From a bacterium (GTDB taxonomy: Bacteria > UBA8248), in contig CBDATS010000008.1 of the NCBI GenBank assembly GCA_965200245.1, forward strand, positions 32,001 to 96,000: a stretch of 64,000 nucleotides of DNA, given 5' to 3'. The translations under genes and the position numbers were made by a program. Under the pieces are notes generated by a model that was given only the letters and a program-made list of their open reading frames with translations, searched no databases and was not told where the DNA came from. This document shows, one piece after another, positions 19,448 to 29,594 of the stretch. The stretch's first letter is position 1, and each line of letters starts with the position of its first letter.

Positions 19448-19863
19448 TCTCCAGGATAGAGAAAAGAGGCGACTCCCTATCTCACCCTATTTTTCGTTCG
19501 AGGTCAATTCAGGAGATTTTCAAGGTGTTCAATGTATTCACACTATGCGGCGAAGCATTTTGCGAATGATGCCCCACAATCCAAATCCATAACCTCTGGC
19601 AGGAACACGTTCAGGCGGAGCGGATTTGTAGCCGGCCGCTACATGGTAGCGCTCATCCCGAACTTGCTGGAACGGGACGGTTCGTGGCCTGGAATTTCCC
19701 GGAACCGTTCCGGGGACTGATCCCCGAATGACTTGGGCATCGCCTCGAAGCTTGCGGCATCCCCATGTGTTAACAGGTTTATCGGGTTGAGGAAGATTCC
19801 TTTCCCGTTATTGCCTTGTTGCCCTTGTGTTCGTGCCCGTGAAGCGAATCCTGATTGTTCCAG

Positions 19864-21096
19864 TCAAGCGTCGATGATACGGAAACTCCTGTCCTGGGGA
19901 ATGAGCATCTCCCAGCCGTTTTCCTTCACGACGACCGAGTATTCGATCTGGTATCCCCCCAGGCCGAACGTGCCGATGGGTGCCTCGATGTTGATCACCG
20001 AATCGATGGGCAGGGGAATCTCGGAAGTCGCAGGGTAAAAGGGCTGGTTGTGTTTCGATTCTGGCCCCAGGATGAAGGGGAACTCTCTGGCTTCCAGGCC
20101 GATCGTGTGGCCTGCGAAGGGGGCGTCGAACTCGGTGAAGCGCGACTGGATTCCCCTGAGAAGCGCTTGATATATCTGATTGCCCGTGCATCCTGCCTTT
20201 ATCACTTCCAGGCACTCGTGGAAACCATCTTCTATGCCTTTCCATTCGCGCTGCACGCGTGCGCCTGGTTCGCCGATGGAGCCGCAACTTCCCGTGTCGG
20301 CATTGTAGTTCTTGTGAAAGAGTCCGGCATCGAACATGAAGCCGTCGCCTTTTTCGAGTTTTCTCTCTGTGGGCGGGAAGATGAAGACGCCCCTCGGGCC
20401 GGAGTTGAAATGGAACCAGTGCCACATGCCGCCGGGTCGGGCCACCTCCTGCCTCCAGACCTCGGCCACCTCGCGCTCACTCACGCCCTCACGCAGGAAT
20501 TCGAATACTTTGGTGATGGCGTCTTCATTCACCCGGGCCGCTTCACGCAGGCGGTCGAGTTCGTCCGCCGTCTTGACGAGACGCGTCATCAGGAAAAGGC
20601 CCGAGCCGGGGATGAATTCGCAGCCGGGGAGTTTTTCCTTGAGTATGGCGAACAAGCTGTCCGGACAGCCTTCCTCGTCCAGGGCGATTCGGCCGGAAGT
20701 GACGCCCCTGTCCTTGAGAGCGGCGAGGAGTCCGTCGAGCAGGGTCGCGTGCCTGGCCCCGCTGGCATGGAGTTCACGGTAGCGCCTCATTTCGTCATCT
20801 TGAGGCTCGTAGCCTTCCGGCTCGATGTGGTTCGCCTGTCCGCCCCAGACGTAGACGTTCTCCGCGTGTCCGCCGTAGGCGGCGTAATAGGTGTTGTCCG
20901 CGCGGTTCATGATGAGGTCGGTGCCTGCGTCGGGATTGTTGGTGATGACACCGTAACTTTTGCGCGCACGGTATACGCGCTGCGCCCAGCCGATGTGGCC
21001 TGTCAGGTAGGTGACGTTCTCGAGTGTCGTGCCGACCATGGCCACCACGTCGTGTTCCCGCATCAGTTCCAGCGCGCGTTCCCTGTTGTAGAGCAT
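19864..21096 (-). CDS. M24 family Xaa-Pro peptidase/creatinase-like hydrolase
   Basis: ENV.YLTG, R.VKT.DE, D.G...Y.AD, GH.IGLE.RE, NIEAP, IE.SVVV. Confidence 0.85.
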   Translation of the reverse strand: MLYNRERALELMREHDVVAMVGTTLENVTYLTGHIGWAQRVYRARKSYGVITNNPDAGTDLIMNRADNTYYAAYGGHAENVYVWGGQANHIEPEGYEPQDDEMRRYRELHASGARHATLLDGLLAALKDRGVTSGRIALDEEGCPDSLFAILKEKLPGCEFIPGSGLFLMTRLVKTADELDRLREAARVNEDAITKVFEFLREGVSEREVAEVWRQEVARPGGMWHWFHFNSGPRGVFIFPPTERKLEKGDGFMFDAGLFHKNYNADTGSCGSIGEPGARVQREWKGIEDGFHECLEVIKAGCTGNQIYQALLRGIQSRFTEFDAPFAGHTIGLEAREFPFILGPESKHNQPFYPATSEIPLPIDSVINIEAPIGTFGLGGYQIEYSVVVKENGWEMLIPQDRSFRIIDA

Positions 21097-21291
21097 GGTA
21101 TTCTCCCTGAAAAAATCTGTCGGTGCGTGAAATTTCGTCGGAAAATGTCCCGGGAGGAATATGTATCACAACCAAAGCGTTTCAGGCGAGGCTGCGCACC
21201 TTGACAGATTCAGGCCGAAGCGCAAGGTTTAGCAATAGCGAGCGGTTTGCTCCTGATTCGTTCTGTCGTTATCGTGAGGGGGGATCCAAGC

Positions 21292-21867
21292 GTGGAACTG
21301 GATCGTCCGAGTGCCGAGGCGCTCTTGTTTGAATGGACCAAAAGCCCGGGCCTGAGAGCGCACGCCCGCGCCGTGGAGGCCGCCTTGCGCGCTTATGCCA
21401 GGCAATACGGAGAAGACGAGGAACTTTGGGGGATTACCGGCCTGTTGCATGACATGGATTACGAGAAGCATCCCTCTCCGGAAGAGCACCCCGAAACGGG
21501 TTGTGCTGTCCTGCGCGAGGCAGGTTATCCCGAGGAGATGATACAGGCCATTCTGGGCCACGCGCAGTATCTGAACGTCCCGCGGGAGACGCGCCTCGCC
21601 CAGGCGCTTTTTGCCGTGGATGAGTTGGTGGGCCTCATCACCGCCGTCGCCCTGGTAAATCCGGCCAGGGACGTCCGCCAGGTAAAGCCGCGAAGCATAC
21701 GCAAAAAGTGGAAGGACAGGAGTTTCGCCAAGGGCGTGAACCGCGGGGACGTGGAACTGGGGGCCTCGGAACTCGGGGTGCCGCTTGAGGAACACGTGGC
21801 CTTCACGCTGGGCGCCATGCAGGGTGTCGCCTCGGATTTGGGTCTCGACGGATCGCGCGCGGGCTGA
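21292..21867 (+). CDS. HDIG-domain metal-dependent phosphohydrolase
   Basis: H..AVE, GLLHDMDYE, H, ILGHA, LFAVDEL.GLI, FAKGVNR. Confidence 0.9.
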   Translation: MELDRPSAEALLFEWTKSPGLRAHARAVEAALRAYARQYGEDEELWGITGLLHDMDYEKHPSPEEHPETGCAVLREAGYPEEMIQAILGHAQYLNVPRETRLAQALFAVDELVGLITAVALVNPARDVRQVKPRSIRKKWKDRSFAKGVNRGDVELGASELGVPLEEHVAFTLGAMQGVASDLGLDGSRAG

Positions 21868-21903
21868 TGTGTTTGATTTTTTTTGAAAAAACATGGATTT
21901 ACG

Positions 21904-21932
21904 TTGACGACTACGATTCATTTCCGCATAAT
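21904..21932 (+). promoter_or_regulatory. Sigma70 promoter of korAB
   Basis: TTGACG-17 bp-CATAAT. Confidence 0.6.
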
Positions 21933-21975
21933 CTGCGATTGGCTGCTTGGTCGATGAATCGCCACTCGGACTGAT

Positions 21976-22039
21976 AAAAAGACATGTTCAAAAAAGACAT
22001 GCTTGATATATGGCATATCTCAGTGGGCATATCTCAGTG
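21976..22039. repeat. Two adjacent direct-repeat pairs in the korA leader
   Basis: AAAAAGACATG at 21976 and 21991; perfect tandem GGCATATCTCAGTG at 22012 and 22026. Confidence 0.9.
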
Positions 22040-22100
22040 AATAAAGCCCTCCACGTACTTTCCGACTCCTTGTCAATCCAACTAAAGGACATCCAAACCT

Positions 22101-23957
22101 ATGTCTGAGTCTTCAGGTAAAAACGGGGCCGAGAAGCAGCTTGTCGAACTCGAAACGGTGGCGATTCGCTTCGCCGGTGACTCCGGCGACGGAATGCAGC
22201 TCACCGGAGACAGGTTCACGAACGCGGCGGCCATCGCCGGGAACGATCTGAGCACGTTCCCCGATTTCCCCGCCGAGATTCGTGCGCCCATCGGAACCCT
22301 CGCCGGAGTGAGCGGATTCCAGATCAACTTCTCGAGCAAGGACATTCATACGCCCGGCGACGCCGTGGATGTGCTCGTGGCGATGAACCCCGCCGCGCTC
22401 AAGACGAGCATCGGCGATTTGAAGAGCGGGGGGATTGTCATCGCCAACGTCGACAACTTCGGCCAGAAGAATCTCGACAAGGCGGGCTATGACTCGAACC
22501 CCCTCGAGGACGGGGAGTTCAAGAACAACTACCAGGTTCACGAGGTGAAGATCACTTCCATGACGCGCCAGGCCCTGGAGGACATGGAACTTCAGTCCAA
22601 CCTGGCGGATCGGTGCAAGAATTTTTTCGCGCTGGGCCTGATGTACTGGATGTACTCGCGTCCGCTGGAGCCGACCACGGAGTGGATCGAAGAGAAATTC
22701 GGAAAACGCCCGGAGTTCGTTCAGGCCAATACGCGTGCGCTGGAGGCGGGCTATTTCTTCGGTGAGAACACGGAGGTCTTCACCAGTAACTACATAGTGC
22801 GCGAGGCGACGTATCCGGCCGGTAGGTACAGGAACATCTCAGGCAACGTCGCCTTGGCCTACGGCTTCATCGCGGCAACAAGGAAAATGGGTATCAACCT
22901 CTTCTGGGGTGCCTATCCGATCACTCCCGCGAGCGACGTTCTCCACGAACTTTCCCGGCACAAGAATTTTGGCGTACAGACCTTCCAGGCCGAAGATGAA
23001 ATCGCGGCAGTGTCCGCGGCGCTTGGTGCCTCGTTCACCGGTTCGCTCGGTGTGACGTGCTCAAGCGGCCCCGGCATCGCCCTGAAAGCTGAAGCCATGG
23101 GCTTGGGCGTGATGACGGAGCTTCCCATGGTCATCGCCGACATCCAGCGCGGCGGCCCGAGCACGGGACTTCCCACCAAGACCGAACAGGCCGATTTGCT
23201 GCAGGTGATGTTCGGGCGCAACAGCGAAAGTCCGCTACCCGTCGTCGCGGCGGCCACACCGGGCGATTGTTTCTGGACAGCGATAGAGGCATGCCGCCTG
23301 GCGGTGAAATACATGACGCCCGTCGTGCTTCTGAGCGACGGCTACCTGGCCAACGGCTCCGAGCCTTGGCTGCTGCCCAAGGCGGATGACGTTCCCGAGA
23401 TGCCGGTGACATTCCGCACGGACCCCGAAGGCTTTCTGCCATACCTGCGTGATCCCGAAACGCTGGCGCGTCCCTGGGCGATTCCCGGCACGCCGGGTCT
23501 TGAACACCGTATCGGTGGCATCGAGAAACAGGATGGTACAGGCAACGTCAACTACGAACCGGAAAACCACGAGTTCATGGTGCGCAAGCGTGACGCGAAA
23601 ATCGCAGGCATCGCGAAGGACATTCCGCCCGCGGAAGTCATCGGTGAGAAGAGTGGCAAGGTTCTCGTCATAGGCTGGGGCGGTACCTTCGGTGCCATTA
23701 CGGCGGCGATAGAGGCCTTACAGGCCAGGGGCGCCTCGGTATCCCAGGTTCACCTCCGCCACCTCAACCCCTTCCCTGCGAATCTCGAAGAAGTTCTCAA
23801 TAGTTTCGAAAAAGTTCTCGTTCCCGAATTGAATCTGGGCCAGCTTTCCAAGATGCTCCGCTACCAGTATCTGATCGATACGATCGGCTTCAACAAGATT
23901 CAGGGAAAACCCTTCAAGGTCGGCGAACTGATTACCAAGATTGAGGAGTTGCTCTAA
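22101..23957 (+). CDS. korA: 2-oxoacid:ferredoxin oxidoreductase, gamma-alpha fused subunit
   Basis: FAGDSGDGMQLTG, YPITPAS, QAEDEIAA, QRGGPSTGLPTK.EQADL. Confidence 0.93.
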   Translation: MSESSGKNGAEKQLVELETVAIRFAGDSGDGMQLTGDRFTNAAAIAGNDLSTFPDFPAEIRAPIGTLAGVSGFQINFSSKDIHTPGDAVDVLVAMNPAALKTSIGDLKSGGIVIANVDNFGQKNLDKAGYDSNPLEDGEFKNNYQVHEVKITSMTRQALEDMELQSNLADRCKNFFALGLMYWMYSRPLEPTTEWIEEKFGKRPEFVQANTRALEAGYFFGENTEVFTSNYIVREATYPAGRYRNISGNVALAYGFIAATRKMGINLFWGAYPITPASDVLHELSRHKNFGVQTFQAEDEIAAVSAALGASFTGSLGVTCSSGPGIALKAEAMGLGVMTELPMVIADIQRGGPSTGLPTKTEQADLLQVMFGRNSESPLPVVAAATPGDCFWTAIEACRLAVKYMTPVVLLSDGYLANGSEPWLLPKADDVPEMPVTFRTDPEGFLPYLRDPETLARPWAIPGTPGLEHRIGGIEKQDGTGNVNYEPENHEFMVRKRDAKIAGIAKDIPPAEVIGEKSGKVLVIGWGGTFGAITAAIEALQARGASVSQVHLRHLNPFPANLEEVLNSFEKVLVPELNLGQLSKMLRYQYLIDTIGFNKIQGKPFKVGELITKIEELL

Positions 23958-24977
23958 ATGTCAACGACGACAAAGAACGGTGGGGGACTGGGCCTCACCC
24001 GCAAGGATTTTCAGTCTGACCAGGTCGTGCGCTGGTGCCCGGGTTGCGGAGATTACGCGATCTTGGCCCAGATGCAGAAGGTGCTGCCGACGCTCGAGAT
24101 TCCGCGCGAGAAATTCGTATTCATCTCCGGCATCGGTTGTGCTGCGCGATTTCCATATTACATGGATACGTTCGGTTTCCATACCATTCACGGACGGGCG
24201 CCCGCGTTCGCCACGGGCGTGAAGGTGAGCAATCCGGATCTTTCCGTCTGGGTTATCAGCGGCGACGGCGACGCGCTGAGCATTGGCGGCAACCACCTGA
24301 TCCACGCCATGCGCCGCAACGTGGGCGTGAAGATCGTCCTATTCAACAATCGTGTATACGGTCTGACCAAGGGTCAATATTCTCCCACCTCGCTTCTGGG
24401 CTCGCGCACGAAGTCCACGCCCATCGGCTCGGTGGACTATCCACTCCACCCGCTGACTTTGGCCTTGGGGGCGGAGTGCAGCTTCGTCGCCCGAACGACG
24501 GACAGGGACCAGAGGCACATGGCCTCGATGTTCGAGGAAATGGCGAACCACGAGGGAACGTCGATGCTTGAAGTGTTGCAGAACTGCATCGTGTTCAACG
24601 ACGGCGCGTGGCACAAGTTCACCGAAAAGGGACTCAAGGAGCAAAACGTGATGTATCTCGAAGACGGCCAGCCCCTCGTCTACGGTCCGGCAGATAACCG
24701 CAAGGGCATTTCTCTCGAGGACTACAGGGTTCGCATTGTCGATGCCGATTCTCCAGACATCACCCTCCACCGCGTAAACGACGAATCGGGGGGCTACGCC
24801 CATATCCTGAGCCGGGTCGAGCTCGAAGGCGGTCCCGTACCGCTGGGTGTCCTGAGAAAGGTGGAACGTCCGCCGTTCGAGGGATTAATGGGCGATCAGG
24901 TCGCCGCGGCTCAGGCGAAGGGCGAGGGCGATATCGATACGCTGCTCAATTCTGGAGACACTTGGGAGCACCATTAA
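23958..24977 (+). CDS. korB: 2-oxoacid:ferredoxin oxidoreductase beta subunit
   Basis: WCPGCGD, SGIGC, HTIHGRA, GDGD..SIGGNH, NN..YGLTKGQYSPT. Confidence 0.93.
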   Translation: MSTTTKNGGGLGLTRKDFQSDQVVRWCPGCGDYAILAQMQKVLPTLEIPREKFVFISGIGCAARFPYYMDTFGFHTIHGRAPAFATGVKVSNPDLSVWVISGDGDALSIGGNHLIHAMRRNVGVKIVLFNNRVYGLTKGQYSPTSLLGSRTKSTPIGSVDYPLHPLTLALGAECSFVARTTDRDQRHMASMFEEMANHEGTSMLEVLQNCIVFNDGAWHKFTEKGLKEQNVMYLEDGQPLVYGPADNRKGISLEDYRVRIVDADSPDITLHRVNDESGGYAHILSRVELEGGPVPLGVLRKVERPPFEGLMGDQVAAAQAKGEGDIDTLLNSGDTWEHH

Positions 24978-25006
24978 TTTTCGTCGCCTCCGGGCGTCCG
25001 GAACTC

Positions 25007-25876
25007 ATGTCCAGGACTTTCACCCTACTACTCGTTCACGCACACCCCGACGATGAGTGCAGCAGCACGGGCGGCCTGATTCTCAGGTGCGCGCGCGAAG
25101 GCCACCGCGTCGTTCTCATCACCTGTACCAACGGAGAAATGGGTAAGATGGAACATCTCGGGGAGAACCTCGACCCCGATTCAGAGGCGGACCAAAACAG
25201 ACTCGGCGAGATCAGGCTCGAAGAACTCGCGCACGCGGCCCGGATTTTGGGGATTTCAGAAGTTCACACCCTGGGCTATCGGGATTCCGGCATGGACGGC
25301 TGGGAGGGTAACGAGCATCCCGAGGCGTTCACGAACGCGAACGAGGAAGAAGCTGTCGGCAGGCTGGTGAGTCATATCCGCCGCTATCGCCCTGACGTGG
25401 TCATCACCTACAACGAGCAGGGCGGTTACGGCCACCCCGATCACGTGATGGCGAACAAGGTCACCACCGAGGCGATAGAAGCGGCCGCGGACGCTTCCCG
25501 GTTCTCGGAATACGGCACAGAAGTCTGGCGCGTGCCAAAGTTCTATCACACGGCGTGGTCGCGCTCGAAAATGCTGCGCGCCTGGCGCTGGATGAAGCTT
25601 TTCGGACAAAAAACGCCGCTCGACGATCCCGACTTCCGGGAAGACAGGTACGGGACGCCGGATGAGTTCATCACCACCCGCGTGAATATCCGCAGATATC
25701 TTCGCCGCAAATGGCGCGCGCTCACCGCGCACCAGAGCCAGATCAATGGGAATTTCTTCTGGTGGTTCGTCCGCATGACGGGCCGCTGGCTTTACAACGA
25801 GGAGTCCTTCGTTTGCGCCCAATCGCAGGTAGAGGTGCGAAACGGCGAAAGATCGGTGTTCGAGGGCCTATCCTGA
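25007..25876 (+). CDS. PIG-L/LmbE family deacetylase (MshB/Mca-like)
   Basis: VHAHPDDE, GYRDSGM, GGYGHPDH, AH.SQ. Confidence 0.88.
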   Translation: MSRTFTLLLVHAHPDDECSSTGGLILRCAREGHRVVLITCTNGEMGKMEHLGENLDPDSEADQNRLGEIRLEELAHAARILGISEVHTLGYRDSGMDGWEGNEHPEAFTNANEEEAVGRLVSHIRRYRPDVVITYNEQGGYGHPDHVMANKVTTEAIEAAADASRFSEYGTEVWRVPKFYHTAWSRSKMLRAWRWMKLFGQKTPLDDPDFREDRYGTPDEFITTRVNIRRYLRRKWRALTAHQSQINGNFFWWFVRMTGRWLYNEESFVCAQSQVEVRNGERSVFEGLS

Positions 25877-26266
25877 GCCGCCTGCAAGGGGTTTGCTGAC
25901 CTCGATCAAAAATCCGTTCGGATCCTTCAGCATGAACATGCGCACGCCCCAGGGAGCATCGCGGGGCGTGAACAGCACGGCCGCTCCTTTTTCTGCGAGG
26001 GTATCATAGGCGCGGTCCACATCCTCGGGCGTGAGCGTGACGACCACACCGGAACCTCTGGGTTCCCGGAGGGGTTCGAGATTCCACTTGCGCATCTCCT
26101 CATCAGAAATGGGTGCGTGTACGACGAGCGATGTTCCTCCGAGGTCATAGCGAACGTGGTTTTTCGCTTCACTCGCTTCTTTCAGTCCCAATGTTTCGGT
26201 ATAAAAACGACGCGACGCCTCGTAGTCTTTGACAATGAGAAAAACGACGGAAAGCGATTCGAACAA
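25868..26266 (-). CDS. VOC/glyoxalase family protein
   Basis: V.D...S..FY...LG, PWG.R.F..KDPNG..IE. Confidence 0.88.
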   Translation of the reverse strand: MFESLSVVFLIVKDYEASRRFYTETLGLKEASEAKNHVRYDLGGTSLVVHAPISDEEMRKWNLEPLREPRGSGVVVTLTPEDVDRAYDTLAEKGAAVLFTPRDAPWGVRMFMLKDPNGFLIEVSKPLAGGSG

Positions 26267-26313
26267 GACGAGGATCTCCCGAAATCTATCAACTCCGTCT
26301 TCGGAGAAAAGAT

Positions 26314-27000
26314 ATGTCTCAACCCTTGGTCGAGTTGAAAGAGGTATCGAAAACCTACGTCGCGGGCGACATGCGCATTCACGCGCTCAATGACGTGAGT
26401 TTCCGGGCGAATCAGGGCGAGTTTATCATAGTTTCAGGTCCCAGCGGTTCGGGCAAGAGCACGTTCCTGCACCTGATGGGGGCTGTCGACGCGCCCACCA
26501 GTGGCGAGGTGTTTTTGGGCGGACGCGAAATTTCGTGCCTGAGTGATGAGGGCTTGAGCGAAATTCGCAGGAAAGAGGTGGGCTTTATCCATCAGTTCTT
26601 TCATCTAATGCCAACGATGACGGCGAATGAGAATGTCGCCCTGCCACTTCTGCTTCAGGGCCGGAAACGACCTGAAATCAAAGAGATGGTCGAAAACGCT
26701 ATGGCACGCGTGGGGCTTGAGGAGCGGATGGACAGCTTCCCGAGGCAACTCTCGGGCGGCGAGATGCAAAGAGTGGCCGTCGCGCGTGCCATCATCCACA
26801 AACCTCGCCTCATCCTCGCCGATGAGCCGACGGGAAACCTTGATACCGAGAACTCAAAGAACGTCTTGGAACTCGTCTCCGAACTCCACCGGGAAGAAGG
26901 TTTTACCATCATCATGGCGACGCACGACAGGATGCCCTTGTGCTACGCCACCCGGCGGGTCGGAATCACCGATGGCCGCCTGGATGAGGCGGATTCCTGA
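26314..27000 (+). CDS. ABC transporter ATP-binding protein (LolD/MacB type)
   Basis: GPSGSGKST, LSGGEMQRVAVARA, ILADEPTGNLD. Confidence 0.95.
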   Translation: MSQPLVELKEVSKTYVAGDMRIHALNDVSFRANQGEFIIVSGPSGSGKSTFLHLMGAVDAPTSGEVFLGGREISCLSDEGLSEIRRKEVGFIHQFFHLMPTMTANENVALPLLLQGRKRPEIKEMVENAMARVGLEERMDSFPRQLSGGEMQRVAVARAIIHKPRLILADEPTGNLDTENSKNVLELVSELHREEGFTIIMATHDRMPLCYATRRVGITDGRLDEADS

Positions 27001-29594
27001 TGGGCGTCACCGTCTCGATCTTGCGCCTTCTCGCCTGGCGGCGCCTCAGGGAAGACCCGTATCGCCTGTTGCTTACGCTGGTGGGTGTGGCGCTCGGTGT
27101 TGCTGTTTTCATCGCTGTCAAGATGGCGAACGAAACGGCCACCGGGGCCTTTCGGAACAGTTTGGCCGCCATTTCGGGCAAGACGCAGCTCGAGGTGTCC
27201 GCGGGCGGGTTGGGCGTGGATGAGAATTTGATTCTTCGCCTTCGCGGTACGAAGGGTGTGAGGCGTGCGACACCGGTCATGCAGCAGCACGTCTGGATAA
27301 GGAAGGCCGGAGGCTCAGGCGCGAGGTGGCGGCGTGGCACCGCGTCTCAGGGTCGCGCTGTCCTGGCCCTGGGTCTTGATTTGCTCGGAGACGACGACTT
27401 CAGAGGCTACAAGTTCGAAAAAGACTATTCTCGCAAGGAAATCCTGTCGCGTATCGCCGACCCGGAGGGCCTGTTCATCGCCCGTGGGGTGGCGGATACA
27501 CTGGGCGTTGGAGAAGGCAGTTTTGTCGAAGTCGAGGCCACGCGGAGGATGCGTTTTCGCGTTCGGGGGGTTCTCAGACCCGAGGGCATGGCAAAGTCAA
27601 TGGACGGCCGTCTCATCATCATGGACATCGGTGTAGCACAGGAGCTCTTCGAGCGGTTTGGGCAGTTGGACCGGATCGATTTGATTCTGGAAAATGGAGG
27701 CGAAATCGTATCGATCCGCGAGAAAATCCGGAGCTTTCTGCCACCCGGCACAATCGTCGAGCGGCCCGCGCGGCGCGGACGCGACGTGGAGAAGTTGTTG
27801 GCATCGTTCCAGCTCAATCTCACGGTGCTGAGCGTCATCGCTCTCCTGGTGGGCTGTTTTCTGATCTACAATACGATGTCGGCATCCGTATTGCGGCGAA
27901 GAGGCGAAATCGCCATCCTGCGCTCACTGGGCATGACGTCGAGAGGAATCGTCCTGCTCTACGGTTCGGAGGCGCTTTGCATCGGCTTGGCCGGATCGTG
28001 TCTGGGCGTTGCGATGGGGGTGCTCATGGCCCAGGGCGCTCTCTCGTTCATCTCCCAGACGATCAGAAACCTGTACGCATTTCTGGAAGTGCGCCACTTA
28101 ATCTTCGGCCCAGGAGAACTTCTCTGGGGATTTGGCCTGGGCCTGGGGGTTTCACTGGTTTCGGGAATCTATCCTGCAATCGTCGCCTCGCGACAAAGTC
28201 CCCGCCAAGGCGTCGTGGACAGGCGCGGCAAGGTGGAGGTGCGGACCAAGGACATCGCCACGTTCGCCGCAAGCGCCTCGATAGCCGCCCTCATCGCTTA
28301 CTGGCTGAACTTGCGAGCCATGGCAGGAGGAACGCTCTTGCCCGGCTATCTATCTGCGGCGATGGTCATTCTGGCCACCGTGCTCGCGAGTCTGCCTTTC
28401 ATTTTGTGTGGATCGGCGCTCATCCGGCGGATTGCGGGCGGTGACTTGAACGTCTGGCTTGCCGCACACGGTTTGAGCAGGCACCCGCACCGAAATGCAG
28501 TCACGCTCTCTTCACTGGCGATAGCCGTAGCCATGTTGGTGAGCCTCATCGTCATGATCGAGAGCTTTCGCGCCACGGTGGAAGTCTGGACGCAGCAGAC
28601 GCTGAGAGCGGATTTCTACGCCGCGCCCGCCTCGCGCTTTATCAAGGGGTCGAGCACGAGCATTTCAGAAGACGCGATCCGGACGATTGGCGGCGTTTCA
28701 GGCGTCGCAGCGGTCGATGGCTTCAGAACTGTTCGGCTGCCCTGGCACGGGAAGCGTATAATGCTTGCGGGCGGAGATTTCCGCATCGTTGCCGAAAGGG
28801 GACACCTGCTGTTCGTAGACGGCGATTCGAAAGAAACGCTCATGAAGGCGAGGGCGCGTGGCGATGCCATCGTTACGGAGACGTTCTCGAACCTCTACGG
28901 GGTGAGGAAAGGAGATGTCCTGCACCTCCCGACTCCGGGGGAGGAGATATCGGTACGTGTTGCGGGCGTCTTTTACGACTACACTACGGACGGTGGTTCT
29001 GTCGTCGTGGATCGCGAATTTTTGAAAAAACATTGGAGGGATGATCGTCTGAATTCCCTTGCAATATATCTCACCGAAAGTGCGCGTCCAGAAGTCGTCC
29101 GTAAATCGCTCGAAAAGGCTCTCGACCCCACCATGGTGCTGATATCGAACGCGGGTCTCAAGAAGCGGGCACTCAGCATCTTCGATCAGACATTCGCCAT
29201 TACCTATGCGCTGGAGTTCATTGCCGTTCTGGTGGCTCTTCTCAGCGTGGCGACGGGTCTTGGTTCAAACATCCTGGAACGCGTGCATGAAATCGGCGCA
29301 CTGCGCGCCATGGGCCTGAGCAGAAGGGGAATCGTGTACGCCATCATGGGAGAGGCCGTCATTCTGGGTGCGCTCTCCGTTTTGGCCGGACTTGTGTCCG
29401 GCATGTGCCTGGCGACTATTTTGATTTTCGTGATCAACAAGCTGAGTTTCGGTTGGACGATTCAATATATCTTCCCCTGGAAGGGTATGGCGGCCTATCT
29501 TTTCATGGTGGTGCTCGCATCGCTGGCGGCGAGCTGGCTCCCCGCCCGAACCGCCGCGCGAATCCCCATTCGAGAGGCACTGAGCGAAGAATGA
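27000..29594 (+). CDS. FtsX/MacB-like ABC permease (duplicated domain, AttFG-like)
   Basis: Two EIA/G.LR.LG repeats; F.LNLT.LS, IFDQTFAIT, VINK.SFGWT. Confidence 0.9.
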   Translation: MGVTVSILRLLAWRRLREDPYRLLLTLVGVALGVAVFIAVKMANETATGAFRNSLAAISGKTQLEVSAGGLGVDENLILRLRGTKGVRRATPVMQQHVWIRKAGGSGARWRRGTASQGRAVLALGLDLLGDDDFRGYKFEKDYSRKEILSRIADPEGLFIARGVADTLGVGEGSFVEVEATRRMRFRVRGVLRPEGMAKSMDGRLIIMDIGVAQELFERFGQLDRIDLILENGGEIVSIREKIRSFLPPGTIVERPARRGRDVEKLLASFQLNLTVLSVIALLVGCFLIYNTMSASVLRRRGEIAILRSLGMTSRGIVLLYGSEALCIGLAGSCLGVAMGVLMAQGALSFISQTIRNLYAFLEVRHLIFGPGELLWGFGLGLGVSLVSGIYPAIVASRQSPRQGVVDRRGKVEVRTKDIATFAASASIAALIAYWLNLRAMAGGTLLPGYLSAAMVILATVLASLPFILCGSALIRRIAGGDLNVWLAAHGLSRHPHRNAVTLSSLAIAVAMLVSLIVMIESFRATVEVWTQQTLRADFYAAPASRFIKGSSTSISEDAIRTIGGVSGVAAVDGFRTVRLPWHGKRIMLAGGDFRIVAERGHLLFVDGDSKETLMKARARGDAIVTETFSNLYGVRKGDVLHLPTPGEEISVRVAGVFYDYTTDGGSVVVDREFLKKHWRDDRLNSLAIYLTESARPEVVRKSLEKALDPTMVLISNAGLKKRALSIFDQTFAITYALEFIAVLVALLSVATGLGSNILERVHEIGALRAMGLSRRGIVYAIMGEAVILGALSVLAGLVSGMCLATILIFVINKLSFGWTIQYIFPWKGMAAYLFMVVLASLAASWLPARTAARIPIREALSEE

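Noticed and set aside
21976-22039. Possible mini-CRISPR
   Set aside because: Repeats are 11-14 bp, two copies each, with no spacers and no cas genes
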